A stretch of 64,000 nt of DNA from an uncultured bacterium (GTDB lineage: Bacteria; Babelota; Babeliae; Babelales; RVW-14), in contig CAIKAH010000002.1 of NCBI GenBank assembly GCA_903825355.1, positions 15,359 to 79,358 of the forward strand, read 5' to 3'. The notes beneath the pieces were generated by a model. It saw only the letters and a list, made by a program, of their open reading frames with translations, searched no databases and was not told the DNA's origin. How positions within the stretch are numbered: position 1 is the first letter of the stretch; each line of letters begins with the position of its first letter. Below are positions 46,083-54,722 of the stretch, one piece after another. A program made the translations under genes and the position numbers.

Positions 46083-46132
46083 CCGCTCTTCCACCGCTTC
46101 GCGGCGCCCTTCGACAGGCTCAGGGTGAGCGG
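46083..46132 (+). repeat. Structured palindromic element upstream of GIY-YIG gene
   Basis: CCGCTCTTCCACCGC-ttc-GCGGCGCCCTTCGACAGGCTCAGGGTGAGCGG. Confidence 0.95.
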
Positions 46133-46394
46133 GGATGCTAATAACAAGAGGGTTATAATCTTCTAATTGAGCAGTAAGTAAAATTAATATTTAATCAAAG
46201 TTAGTCCTTTGTGCATGTTATCACACAATGATTTTTTTCTCATCTAAAAGGATTAAGACATTTTTTTGCCTCCATGTCACAAAAAATTTTATGATACATG
46301 TAGTAATTTTTTCTGGCTTTTGAAATGACGTTTGATTATATTATGAAAAAGTTATGGCAATGTTTGAATTTTTGGCAAAGCAGGAAGGGATTTC

Positions 46395-47066
46395 ATGTCC
46401 TCAACAGAACTTCGCGTAAAAGAGTTGCTTCGTGAAAGAGGCTGGACTACAAAAGTCTTAGCAGAAAAGACTGGCCTGTCTGAGAGCTACCTGACACACA
46501 TCAAAAATGGTACACGCCGGTGGAACGAGGATGCGCTTAAAAAATTGGCAACAGCTTTTGGGTCACATCCGGTTGATTTGTTTGCACAACGCAAAACACG
46601 TACTGATAATGTAGAAGCAAGCGTTAAAATGCCTGATAACATTAACGTTGATCTACAGCTTAAAATTGTGCCAGTAATGGGTGATATTACAACAAATCCA
46701 TCTCCGTACAACAACCAGTTAATGCAAGTAACCACTGGCCATAAAGATGTATTTGTTCCGGTTGCAAATAGCACCGATGATTCTATGTTTTGTTTACATG
46801 TAGAAAACAATTTGATGGCGCCGGCATTTGTAAAAGGTGATTACCTCATTATTTCTCCTGCCACCTGGGCACGTTCGGGCGATATTGCTGCGGTTGAATA
46901 TGGCAATGAGAATCCAATCAAAGCCATTATGCAAGTAACCTATATGGAAGAGTTTGTGGTACTTGAAGCACCAAACCATAAAAATCCACCTGTTGCATTG
47001 GTTCGTGGTAAAGACCACTTCCGTGTTATTGGCAAGGTAATTTATCGCTATCAACGCATGTTATAA
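46395..47066 (+). CDS. XRE-family HTH transcriptional regulator with S24-like C-terminal domain
   Basis: LLRERGWTTKVLAEKTGLSESYLTHIKNG HTH; FCLHVENNLMAP..VKGDYLII; VVLEAPN; VIGKVI. Confidence 0.85.
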   Translation: MSSTELRVKELLRERGWTTKVLAEKTGLSESYLTHIKNGTRRWNEDALKKLATAFGSHPVDLFAQRKTRTDNVEASVKMPDNINVDLQLKIVPVMGDITTNPSPYNNQLMQVTTGHKDVFVPVANSTDDSMFCLHVENNLMAPAFVKGDYLIISPATWARSGDIAAVEYGNENPIKAIMQVTYMEEFVVLEAPNHKNPPVALVRGKDHFRVIGKVIYRYQRML

Positions 47067-47082
47067 AAGCTTGTTTTGATAC

Positions 47083-47132
47083 GTGAGAAAAAACCCCTGC
47101 TATCAAAATTGGTAGCAGGGGTTTTTTCTCAC
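47083..47132. terminator. Bidirectional Rho-independent terminator between convergent genes
   Basis: GTGAGAAAAAACCCCTGCTA...TAGCAGGGGTTTTTTCTCAC. Confidence 0.9.
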
Positions 47133-47210
47133 TGGTTAAAGTAACGATTGTTTGTATAAAGAAACAAGCCATTGTGTGCCACGGAGAGAGCCGCTCCTTT
47201 TTTCAGAGCA

Positions 47211-48140
47211 CTAAAATTTTTTTCTTTCTGGTGCTTTCTCAACAGCATCGATAACTAGCTCTTTCATTGCGGGAGAATTTTTTTCCGAAATCATCTTTAG
47301 AGACGCAGTAGCTCCATGTGCAAGTAGCAAGCGAGCTATTTCGAGATGAGCTCCAGGGTAACGGCGCAGTGTGTGTATCTCGTTAATGCAATTTTTGTGC
47401 AAAATGCTCGTACCACTGGTGCATGTATTCGGGTTAGCTCCTGCTTCAAGTAATAACTTTACAACCGGAACATTTCTGCATGTAACGGCGTTGTGTAGAG
47501 GTGTAAAGCCAGGAACCCATACTGCAAAGGGACGGTCTACTGGTGCTCCTAATGATAATAAGAACTGAGTTATTTTAACGCCTTTTTTTTCACCAAAGGA
47601 TGCGGCATAAAAGAATAAATTGCTATATTTATCAGCAGTAAGATCTAGCTTCCAATATTTATCAGCTTTGATTAACACAAAAATATTTGAGCATATATCG
47701 CTATATGCTGAAGAGCTACCTGTAAATGTTTCAAGCTTAAGCCAATCATAAACAAAATGTTTGCCTGTTGTTGGCGAGGGGTTAATCATTGCTGCTTGTA
47801 AAGCATCATGCAGCATGTCAAAATCGTAACGTTGTTCAGGTCTGATGAGATTTTTTTTTAGTGCTTCTTCAATCAGGTCAACTGCTTGTGCTAGATCGAT
47901 ATAATTATTTACCTGAATCTTGTTATGGCTAAATGCGTTAGCATAGGTGTAAAGGCTAGGTTCAGGCGTGTATAGCACTAAAGAGCCATCGGCTAGCACA
48001 AGAGGTGCAGGTTCTTCTGTACTGATAGTAGCGATTGCTGTGCTTGATGCTCCGCCTGTTCTTCGCTCGCTGGCGATCATAAGACAGGGGTTTGTAAGTA
48101 CAATGACGGTAGTGATTAAGATTGCTAAAACATTCACCAT
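47211..48140 (-). CDS. Secreted ankyrin repeat protein
   Basis: Probable start MVNVLAILITT (ORF track extends to 48245, overlapping LysE); GFTPLHNAV..NVPVVKLLLEAGANPN. Confidence 0.85.
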   Translation of the reverse strand: MVNVLAILITTVIVLTNPCLMIASERRTGGASSTAIATISTEEPAPLVLADGSLVLYTPEPSLYTYANAFSHNKIQVNNYIDLAQAVDLIEEALKKNLIRPEQRYDFDMLHDALQAAMINPSPTTGKHFVYDWLKLETFTGSSSAYSDICSNIFVLIKADKYWKLDLTADKYSNLFFYAASFGEKKGVKITQFLLSLGAPVDRPFAVWVPGFTPLHNAVTCRNVPVVKLLLEAGANPNTCTSGTSILHKNCINEIHTLRRYPGAHLEIARLLLAHGATASLKMISEKNSPAMKELVIDAVEKAPERKKF

Positions 48141-48222
48141 TGTACAGCTCCGTAAGGCAGTGTGATGCGGTAGAGCATTACCCCTGCGCGTAATAAAAAG
48201 ATAAACAGCATAGGATGCATAG

Positions 48223-48876
48223 TTAGCCTCTAATAACTTGGACAATAACTTTTAAGGCGTCAAAAAAGAAGTAACTGCCTACGGTGAGCATGATGCAGGC
48301 GGTAACAGTGCCAACAAGCTTTAATTTTTCAGGTTTCATAACTTTGCCGATTGAGCTGGCGATGTAGGCTACTATGGTCAAAATCATAAGTGATCCAAGG
48401 ATAGTTACAATGCTTCCGCAAATTAAATCAAAGGTGCTTAACGCTTGTTTGCCTGTCGCAAGTACTTGCGCGCCAGCGAACATAAAAAACAGGATAGTAA
48501 GTGGATTAATGACTGTGGACAAAAACGATTTAGTGGCGCTAAGGATTAAGGAATTTGCTGAATTTGGTGTTAGGTGATTGTGTGGCCCAGGGTTTTGATA
48601 AAATAATAGTTTAAGGCCGTAGAGTAATAAGAGGCTTCCTCCAACCAGGTCAATAAGTACTTGATAGGTTGCTGATTTTTGTAACACAGCCAACGTGCCT
48701 ACTAGCCCTAAAAAAATGAGCAAACCATCCCCAAGAGCAGCGCCCAGGGCAGTAAAAAATCCTTTTAAAAAACCTTTTACTGCGCTGTTGTTGAATGTCA
48801 TGATAAAAATGGGACCCATGGTAGATGATGCAGAAACACCAACAAAGAAGCAAGCTGCTAAAAACCAATAATTCAT
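48223..48876 (-). CDS. LysE family translocator
   Basis: MGPIFIM..KGFLKGFFTALGAALGD; FLSTVINP; six TM segments. Confidence 0.85.
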   Translation of the reverse strand: MNYWFLAACFFVGVSASSTMGPIFIMTFNNSAVKGFLKGFFTALGAALGDGLLIFLGLVGTLAVLQKSATYQVLIDLVGGSLLLLYGLKLLFYQNPGPHNHLTPNSANSLILSATKSFLSTVINPLTILFFMFAGAQVLATGKQALSTFDLICGSIVTILGSLMILTIVAYIASSIGKVMKPEKLKLVGTVTACIMLTVGSYFFFDALKVIVQVIRG

Positions 48877-48958
48877 ATAAAACCCCTAGCTCGAAAATTT
48901 TTGAGTTATTTTACCATAAGTAGTAACATTAGGGAAAATTATTAGTCGCAAGGAACAC

Positions 48959-50326
48959 ATGAAGCAGACAACAACTACAGATCGCACTATTTTATTTGGT
49001 ACCGATGGTATTCGTGGACATGCGGATCATTTCCCTTTTGATGATTATAGCGTGATGCGCATTGGATATGCTATAGCTTTATGGGCCCGAGAAAAATATG
49101 CCGTTCAGCAACCCAAGTTATTAATCGGTATGGACACCCGTATCTCTGGTCAGCGCATTAAACAAGCATTGACAAACGGTCTACTGAGAGCTGGGGCCAT
49201 GATAGTTGATGGCGGGGTGATTCCTACGCCTGCTGTTTGTAACTTGATTACTGCTGACAAATCATTTCATGCTGGTGTAGTAATCTCAGCATCGCATAAC
49301 CCTTATTTTGATAATGGCATAAAAGTTTTTGATGCACAGCGGTGTAAATTAAGCAAGGAAGATGAAGCACGTCTTGTAGCGTTGGTGAATGACCCGCTCT
49401 CTTGCCGCGAAGAGCAAATAAAGATGGGCATGGACATTATCCACTGGCCCGAAGCTCTCAATCAATACGTTCAGAACATGCTCTCCTATTTCCCTTCACC
49501 ATTTTTGCATGGTAAAAAAATTATAATTGATGCGGCTAATGGGGCAACCAGTATCTGTGCTGAAATGATATTTAAGTCTCTTGGGGCGACCGTCGTGATG
49601 TTGAGTAACCACCCAGATGGTATGAATATTAATGCCGGTTGTGGAGCATTGCATCCAGAGGCCCTCCAAGGCACGGTGTGTGCGCAAAAAGCAGATGCAG
49701 GTTTTGCTTTTGATGGCGATGGCGATCGGATTGTTGCTGTCAGTCGTGATGGTAAGATTAAAGACGGTGATGATATTCTATTTTTGTTGCTTTCTTTACC
49801 TGCGTATAAGGCTATGGATACCATTGTAGGAACAGTTGTTTCAAATCAAGGGCTTGAGGTTGCGGTAGAGCAGCAAGGCAAGCGCTTTGTTAGGACAGCT
49901 GTGGGCGATAAATATATTGCTGCTGCTATGGAGGAAGCTAATGTGCTGCTTGGTGGAGAGAATTCTGGACATGTGATTTTACGTGATTATTTGCTAACAG
50001 GGGACGGTATTTTTGTTGCCATTACCTTGCTGCAGGCCTTGACTGTTTCTGGTAACTGGGAAATGCACACATTTCCTAAATTTCCGCAAACATTGGTAAA
50101 TATTCCTGTAGCCCAGAAAAAAGATTTAGCACAAGAGCCTTTTGCAGGAATTATTGCAGCTTATCAAGAGCGACTTGGTAATGGCCGATTGCTGGTGCGT
50201 TATTCTGGTACTGAATCATTATTGCGGGTGATGGCAGAGGCGACTACTGCTGATTCTGCACAAGCAGTGGCTAAAGAGGTGGCTCTGGCATTACAAGAGG
50301 CGTTGGGTAGTCATTCATCAAACTAG
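48959..50326 (+). CDS. glmM: Phosphoglucosamine mutase
   Basis: FGTDGIRG, VISASHNPYFDNGIK, AFDGDGDR, GGENSGH, VRYSGTE. Confidence 0.95.
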   Translation: MKQTTTTDRTILFGTDGIRGHADHFPFDDYSVMRIGYAIALWAREKYAVQQPKLLIGMDTRISGQRIKQALTNGLLRAGAMIVDGGVIPTPAVCNLITADKSFHAGVVISASHNPYFDNGIKVFDAQRCKLSKEDEARLVALVNDPLSCREEQIKMGMDIIHWPEALNQYVQNMLSYFPSPFLHGKKIIIDAANGATSICAEMIFKSLGATVVMLSNHPDGMNINAGCGALHPEALQGTVCAQKADAGFAFDGDGDRIVAVSRDGKIKDGDDILFLLLSLPAYKAMDTIVGTVVSNQGLEVAVEQQGKRFVRTAVGDKYIAAAMEEANVLLGGENSGHVILRDYLLTGDGIFVAITLLQALTVSGNWEMHTFPKFPQTLVNIPVAQKKDLAQEPFAGIIAAYQERLGNGRLLVRYSGTESLLRVMAEATTADSAQAVAKEVALALQEALGSHSSN

Positions 50327-50345
50327 CTAGTGGGAGATTACACGT

Positions 50346-51005
50346 ATGTTTGAGCGTTTAAGAGCAGGGCTTGCAGCATTACGGTCTGTATTTCTGAGTG
50401 GGTTGTTTACTATTATTCCAATAGCTGCAACCATTTTTTTCATTAACTTTTTGTATAACATGGTAAGCAGAATGCTTATTCCCCTAGAGCGCATTGAGCC
50501 GAATTGGCTCTATGAAATCCCTGGGTCAGAATTTGTGATTGTCATGTTAGTTATTTTGATTACGGGCATCATTTTAAAGACCTTTTTGATGAGCAAGATT
50601 GTTCATTATTTTGAGGGCTTGGTGAATCGTATTCCGCTTGTACGTATTGTCTATTCTGCCGCTAAGATTTTGGTCGATTTTTTTAAAGTATCAGATGTTA
50701 CTATCGCTATGCAGCGTCGGGTGGTTTTAATTCCCTATCCCAAAAAAGGGCAGTACCATTTGGCCTTCTTGCTTGAGTCGGCTGAAGATAATTATCAGCC
50801 TATTATCCCCGATTCATTTAAACACTATCCGGAAGAGCGTTACGTGAAAGTGTTTATGCCCAATTCGCCAAACCCAACGTCGGGTTATTTTTTTATAATG
50901 CCTGAGGACGAAGTTATTTTAACTAATATTAGTTTTGAAGAGGCGGTTAAAAGTCTTGTTTCATGTGGGTTGATTACCCCTGAATCATTATTAAAAAAAC
51001 CGTAA
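50346..51005 (+). CDS. DUF502 family membrane protein
   Basis: RIPLVRIVY, VLIPYP, VFMPNSPNPTSGYF. Confidence 0.9.
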   Translation: MFERLRAGLAALRSVFLSGLFTIIPIAATIFFINFLYNMVSRMLIPLERIEPNWLYEIPGSEFVIVMLVILITGIILKTFLMSKIVHYFEGLVNRIPLVRIVYSAAKILVDFFKVSDVTIAMQRRVVLIPYPKKGQYHLAFLLESAEDNYQPIIPDSFKHYPEERYVKVFMPNSPNPTSGYFFIMPEDEVILTNISFEEAVKSLVSCGLITPESLLKKP

Positions 51006-51012
51006 TAATTGC

Positions 51013-52080
51013 ATGACATTTGCTTGGTATGTCTCACGGCTGTTTTTAGGTGCGTGGGCATCAATTACGCTGTTACTAGCGTTTTTATTTAATTTCATCG
51101 AGTTTTTTGAAAAGCTAGCGCGTGTAAAGCAAGTTTCTGTTGTGCATATTATGCATTTTTTAGGGCTTAATTTTTTACCATCAGTATTCGATGTAATGCC
51201 GATTGGTGCATGGTTGGCAACACTTTTTGTGCTCCGTGAATTAACGACACACCAGTCATGGGATTTTTTACAATTTATTGGATTTATCCCTCGCCGGTTG
51301 GCGCTTCTTTTAACTAAGCTTGCTTTATGCATAGCTCTGATAACAGGAGTAATTAAAGAGGCCTATGTGCTACACATAGCGCAGCAAGCAGAGCGGTTTA
51401 AATATGCTTATTTTAAAAAACAGCAGCATGATCTTATTTTTAATACCTGGTTTGAACTAGAGAACAGTCGATTTTGTTATATCGATGAGCTTGATTGTGT
51501 AAAGTTGTTAGGTAAGGGTATTATGCTTGTAACGCTAACACCACAACATACGGTGAAAACAGTAATGTACAGCAAGCAGGCAAGCCTTGATGAAAAAGCA
51601 CAGGCTATTCATGCACAGCAGGTAATTACTGTACATCTGCCTGAGCAGTGTGTGGTGCGAGAGGATCACTCTATAATAGAAACACGGTATTTTTTTAGTG
51701 CTATGAGTATGAGGCAGCGCGTTTATCATATACCGTATTTATACAAAGTGCTTCTTTTCAGCGCCTATTTACCAAAGCATACCGTACGGGCCTTACAGCA
51801 GCGCTTAATTGATAGTCTTTGGTATTATGGTACTCTGATTGGTTATCCTCTGCTGACCATTTATGCGTTTAATCTTCCTCTGGGGTTTTTGTGGCGGTGG
51901 GGGTTTGCATTACTTCCTTACCCGACCCTATTAGCTGGAGGGTTGTTACTACGCCGTATGTTGATAGATGATATTAGACTGGTAGTATTAATAATGATTG
52001 TTTTTTTTCTAATTGTAAGCCTTTTCAGAAAAAGACGATTGCTGTTTGCTTCTTTGTCTGGTGGTATATTCAATTCTTGA
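51013..52080 (+). CDS. LptF/LptG family permease
   Basis: YVSRLFL N-terminus, 3 TM segments, periplasmic beta-domain, 3 TM segments. Confidence 0.7.
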   Translation: MTFAWYVSRLFLGAWASITLLLAFLFNFIEFFEKLARVKQVSVVHIMHFLGLNFLPSVFDVMPIGAWLATLFVLRELTTHQSWDFLQFIGFIPRRLALLLTKLALCIALITGVIKEAYVLHIAQQAERFKYAYFKKQQHDLIFNTWFELENSRFCYIDELDCVKLLGKGIMLVTLTPQHTVKTVMYSKQASLDEKAQAIHAQQVITVHLPEQCVVREDHSIIETRYFFSAMSMRQRVYHIPYLYKVLLFSAYLPKHTVRALQQRLIDSLWYYGTLIGYPLLTIYAFNLPLGFLWRWGFALLPYPTLLAGGLLLRRMLIDDIRLVVLIMIVFFLIVSLFRKRRLLFASLSGGIFNS

Positions 52081-52150
52081 AAAAGCTGCGTATTAGCTTA
52101 GAATAATTTGATCAGAAATCTCTATCAAACACATTTTATAAGGGTTCTAA

Positions 52151-53311
52151 ATGAAATTTCTACATCTAGGAATGCTAGCGTTGATTGCTATGCTGATTGC
52201 GCAACCCGCGATGGCTCATGCGAGCACTACTCAGCGGCCAGAGCATTTTACTAACTTAATACGATCATCTGACGATGCATCTGTGGTATCTGGTATTGAT
52301 AACTTACCCGCAAAAGAGTTGATACACGCAGCAGACCAGCCATTACTTCGTTTTGTAGCTTTTGAAAAGGGCAAGCCGGTTGCAATGATAACTGATCCTC
52401 GTATTGGTGCATTTTATATCCTTGATTTTGGGGTACATAACGTAGTACTTGATAAAATTTTGCCTATTAAACGACCTGCTGATCTAAAAAACATGGTGCC
52501 AATTCGCCATCAAGGTAAGTTTGATTGTGCAAAACAAATGGACAAAAAATTTAAAGGTTTTAGGAAACTGGAAGCGCCATTAGGCGCTGTGGTAGAAGAT
52601 GCCATGAGCATGCTGGGATTTTTGAATATGAAAGATTATCCAGGTACGTTTTTTAAAGATGAGTATAACAGTGGTATGCCAATGGTTATTACGCTGGAGT
52701 CGGTAAAGTTATTGCGCTACTTGCAAGAGTACTTTATTAAAAATCAAATCGAGCCTCGTGCTCATAAACCATGGTTGGTGCTTGAAATTATGAAAAATCC
52801 TGAAGCAGTTACTGATGCTGATAAAGCGTTTTGGGGTAATTATTTTGAGCTGGTAAAACGTTCTGATCCAGGAATGGAAAAATGTTTGCGTTATGAACGT
52901 GATTTGCGCTACAAAATTTACCCAATTGGTTGTAAGGGTAAGTTTATTTTTCACAGCGTTCCTGAGGTGATGTTGTTGAAGTTTGAGCGTTTCTTTGAAG
53001 ATCTTAAGACGCCAGAAGTTGCATTTTTGATGGCAAGTTTGATTGGTGCATTTATATGGAAGATGGTTGATGCTAATGCTGTTCAGCCGGCTATTAAAGG
53101 ATTAACGCACGAAAAAGACGAAAAAGGAAATCTGGTTATGAAGCCAGGTCTTAAGTCAGGTCTTGATACGGCACTTACAGCAGGTAAGTGGACAGCTGCT
53201 GTTGTTGCTGTCTTCGCACTCTATCGGTTGTGGGTTAATACTATAGATACTATTACTTCAGACGAAGAGCTTGAAGAAGAAGCGCACAGCGTAGAAGCGT
53301 TGTCGGCGTAA
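52151..53311 (+). CDS. Hypothetical secreted or membrane-anchored protein
   Basis: Signal peptide ending PAMAHA; two C-terminal hydrophobic segments. Confidence 0.7.
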   Translation: MKFLHLGMLALIAMLIAQPAMAHASTTQRPEHFTNLIRSSDDASVVSGIDNLPAKELIHAADQPLLRFVAFEKGKPVAMITDPRIGAFYILDFGVHNVVLDKILPIKRPADLKNMVPIRHQGKFDCAKQMDKKFKGFRKLEAPLGAVVEDAMSMLGFLNMKDYPGTFFKDEYNSGMPMVITLESVKLLRYLQEYFIKNQIEPRAHKPWLVLEIMKNPEAVTDADKAFWGNYFELVKRSDPGMEKCLRYERDLRYKIYPIGCKGKFIFHSVPEVMLLKFERFFEDLKTPEVAFLMASLIGAFIWKMVDANAVQPAIKGLTHEKDEKGNLVMKPGLKSGLDTALTAGKWTAAVVAVFALYRLWVNTIDTITSDEELEEEAHSVEALSA

Positions 53312-53333
53312 GTAGTAAGCTAAATTCAGATTC

Positions 53334-53372
53334 AAAAAAAGGGCCTTCAGTTATTTTGGGGGCCTTTTTTTA
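53334..53372. terminator. Probable bidirectional terminator
   Basis: AAAAAAAGGGCC...GGCCTTTTTTT between convergent genes. Confidence 0.7.
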
Positions 53373-53781
53373 TAGCCGGGCTCGAGGTCGATAGCGCTAT
53401 TCCGGTCAAAAAGCTAGCTGCTAGTATGACAGAACGGGGAAGCCCCATTTTTATCAAGCAAAGATATTCTTGCAAGCTGCAAGCCGCGTTGTTTGCAAGC
53501 AACAGTGAAATGCTCTCTTTATTTTCATACGCAATCGCGTATGAAAGTGCTGTGTGGCCAGAGCGGTTTTTGTAGTTGATGTCTGCATTCATGAGTAGCC
53601 CCTGCCAAATAACTTCTGGCCGGTTCATGCGGGCGCCATGCAATAATAAACCTTGGCGTACGGTATTGAAATCGGCAGGATTTTCGTGTAGGTGTGGGCT
53701 GCTGATAATATTGCCAATAGCGCGAAGATTATTGGCTTCAATATAAGATACTAACCGGTTACCCAATTGCACGCGGTCCAT
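53347..53781 (-). CDS. Small ankyrin repeat protein
   Basis: ADINYKNRSGHTALSYAI..ENKESISLLLANNA. Confidence 0.75.
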   Translation of the reverse strand: MDRVQLGNRLVSYIEANNLRAIGNIISSPHLHENPADFNTVRQGLLLHGARMNRPEVIWQGLLMNADINYKNRSGHTALSYAIAYENKESISLLLANNAACSLQEYLCLIKMGLPRSVILAASFLTGIALSTSSPAIKKGPQNN

Positions 53782-53969
53782 TATTTCTAATAGCTCATCA
53801 TCACAACCTCCACGGTAGTTAGAAAGCTCTATTCATCGCTTCTCCACCTTTTCGATCTCTTGATCTGACCAAGTATTAATGTTTTCTTTTTGCGATAAAC
53901 CAATCTAGCATGGGTATTTTTTTAGGTGTTGCCTGGATGGCTAGTTGAAGTTATGTTTAGCTGATTTGC

Positions 53970-54707
53970 CTAGAAGCGTTTAAATAATGCCAAAAACTCT
54001 TTATTTCCTGATGCAGCTCCTAGGATTGGTGATTCAATCACCCCTTCAAGCTGAAAACCAAAAGCTTCAAAACCCTCTTTAATTTTGGCAATTACCGCTT
54101 CATGTACTGCAGGGTCAGAAACAAGCCCTCCCCTGCCAATATCTTGGCGATTAGCCTCAAACTGAGGTTTGATTAACGCAATAATCATACCATTTGGTTT
54201 AATAAATGAATCTACTCGTTCAATAACTTTCAGCAGTGAAATAAAGGAAAGATCCAGTGTTGCAAGGTCAATGGGCTCCGGGAGTTTTTCCAGGAGCCGC
54301 AAATTAGTTTTTTCAAGTAATGTTATGCGCGGGTCGGTGCTTACTTTTTCGTGCACCTGATTGTGTCCTACATCAATGCCATAAATTTTCTGTGCCCCTC
54401 GTTGCAACAGGCAGTCGCTAAAACCGCCGGTTGAAATACCTGCATCCATGCACACAAGATTGGTAACATCTATTTTGAACTCTTCAAGTGCAGCTTCAAG
54501 CTTGAAGCCAGCACGGCTTACAAATTTTGGCTGTTCTTGATCGAGTACAATATGTACCTCATCATTAAATTGTGCCCCTGCTTTGGTTACCACTACTCCA
54601 TCAACACTGACTTTACCTTGCATGATAAAGCTTTGCATTTGATTGCGTGTGAGGTGCGGATACTGAGCCAAAGCCAGTGTATCGAGTCTTTTTTTTTCTT
54701 GTTTCAT
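53970..54707 (-). CDS. tlyA: TlyA family rRNA 2'-O-methyltransferase / hemolysin A
   Basis: S4 domain RLD; FVSRAGFKL, DAGISTGGF, DLSFISL, LIKPQFE, GNKEFL. Confidence 0.95.
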   Translation of the reverse strand: MKQEKKRLDTLALAQYPHLTRNQMQSFIMQGKVSVDGVVVTKAGAQFNDEVHIVLDQEQPKFVSRAGFKLEAALEEFKIDVTNLVCMDAGISTGGFSDCLLQRGAQKIYGIDVGHNQVHEKVSTDPRITLLEKTNLRLLEKLPEPIDLATLDLSFISLLKVIERVDSFIKPNGMIIALIKPQFEANRQDIGRGGLVSDPAVHEAVIAKIKEGFEAFGFQLEGVIESPILGAASGNKEFLALFKRF

Positions 54708-54722
54708 AGGAGCACGTAAGAA

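Larger units (their letters stand above)
45727..46132. mobile_element. Candidate autonomous element: GIY-YIG gene between two inverted palindromic elements
   Basis: Inverted 50-bp copies at 45727-45776 and 46083-46132 bracket the 330-bp gene. Confidence 0.55.

Noticed and set aside
17138-46132. Repeats as a CRISPR array
   Set aside because: Dispersed, variable in sequence and orientation, no regular spacers, no cas genes
53782-53969. Possible 5' extension or frameshift of the small ankyrin gene
   Set aside because: In-frame stops in the upstream region and no paralog-based evidence of a longer gene
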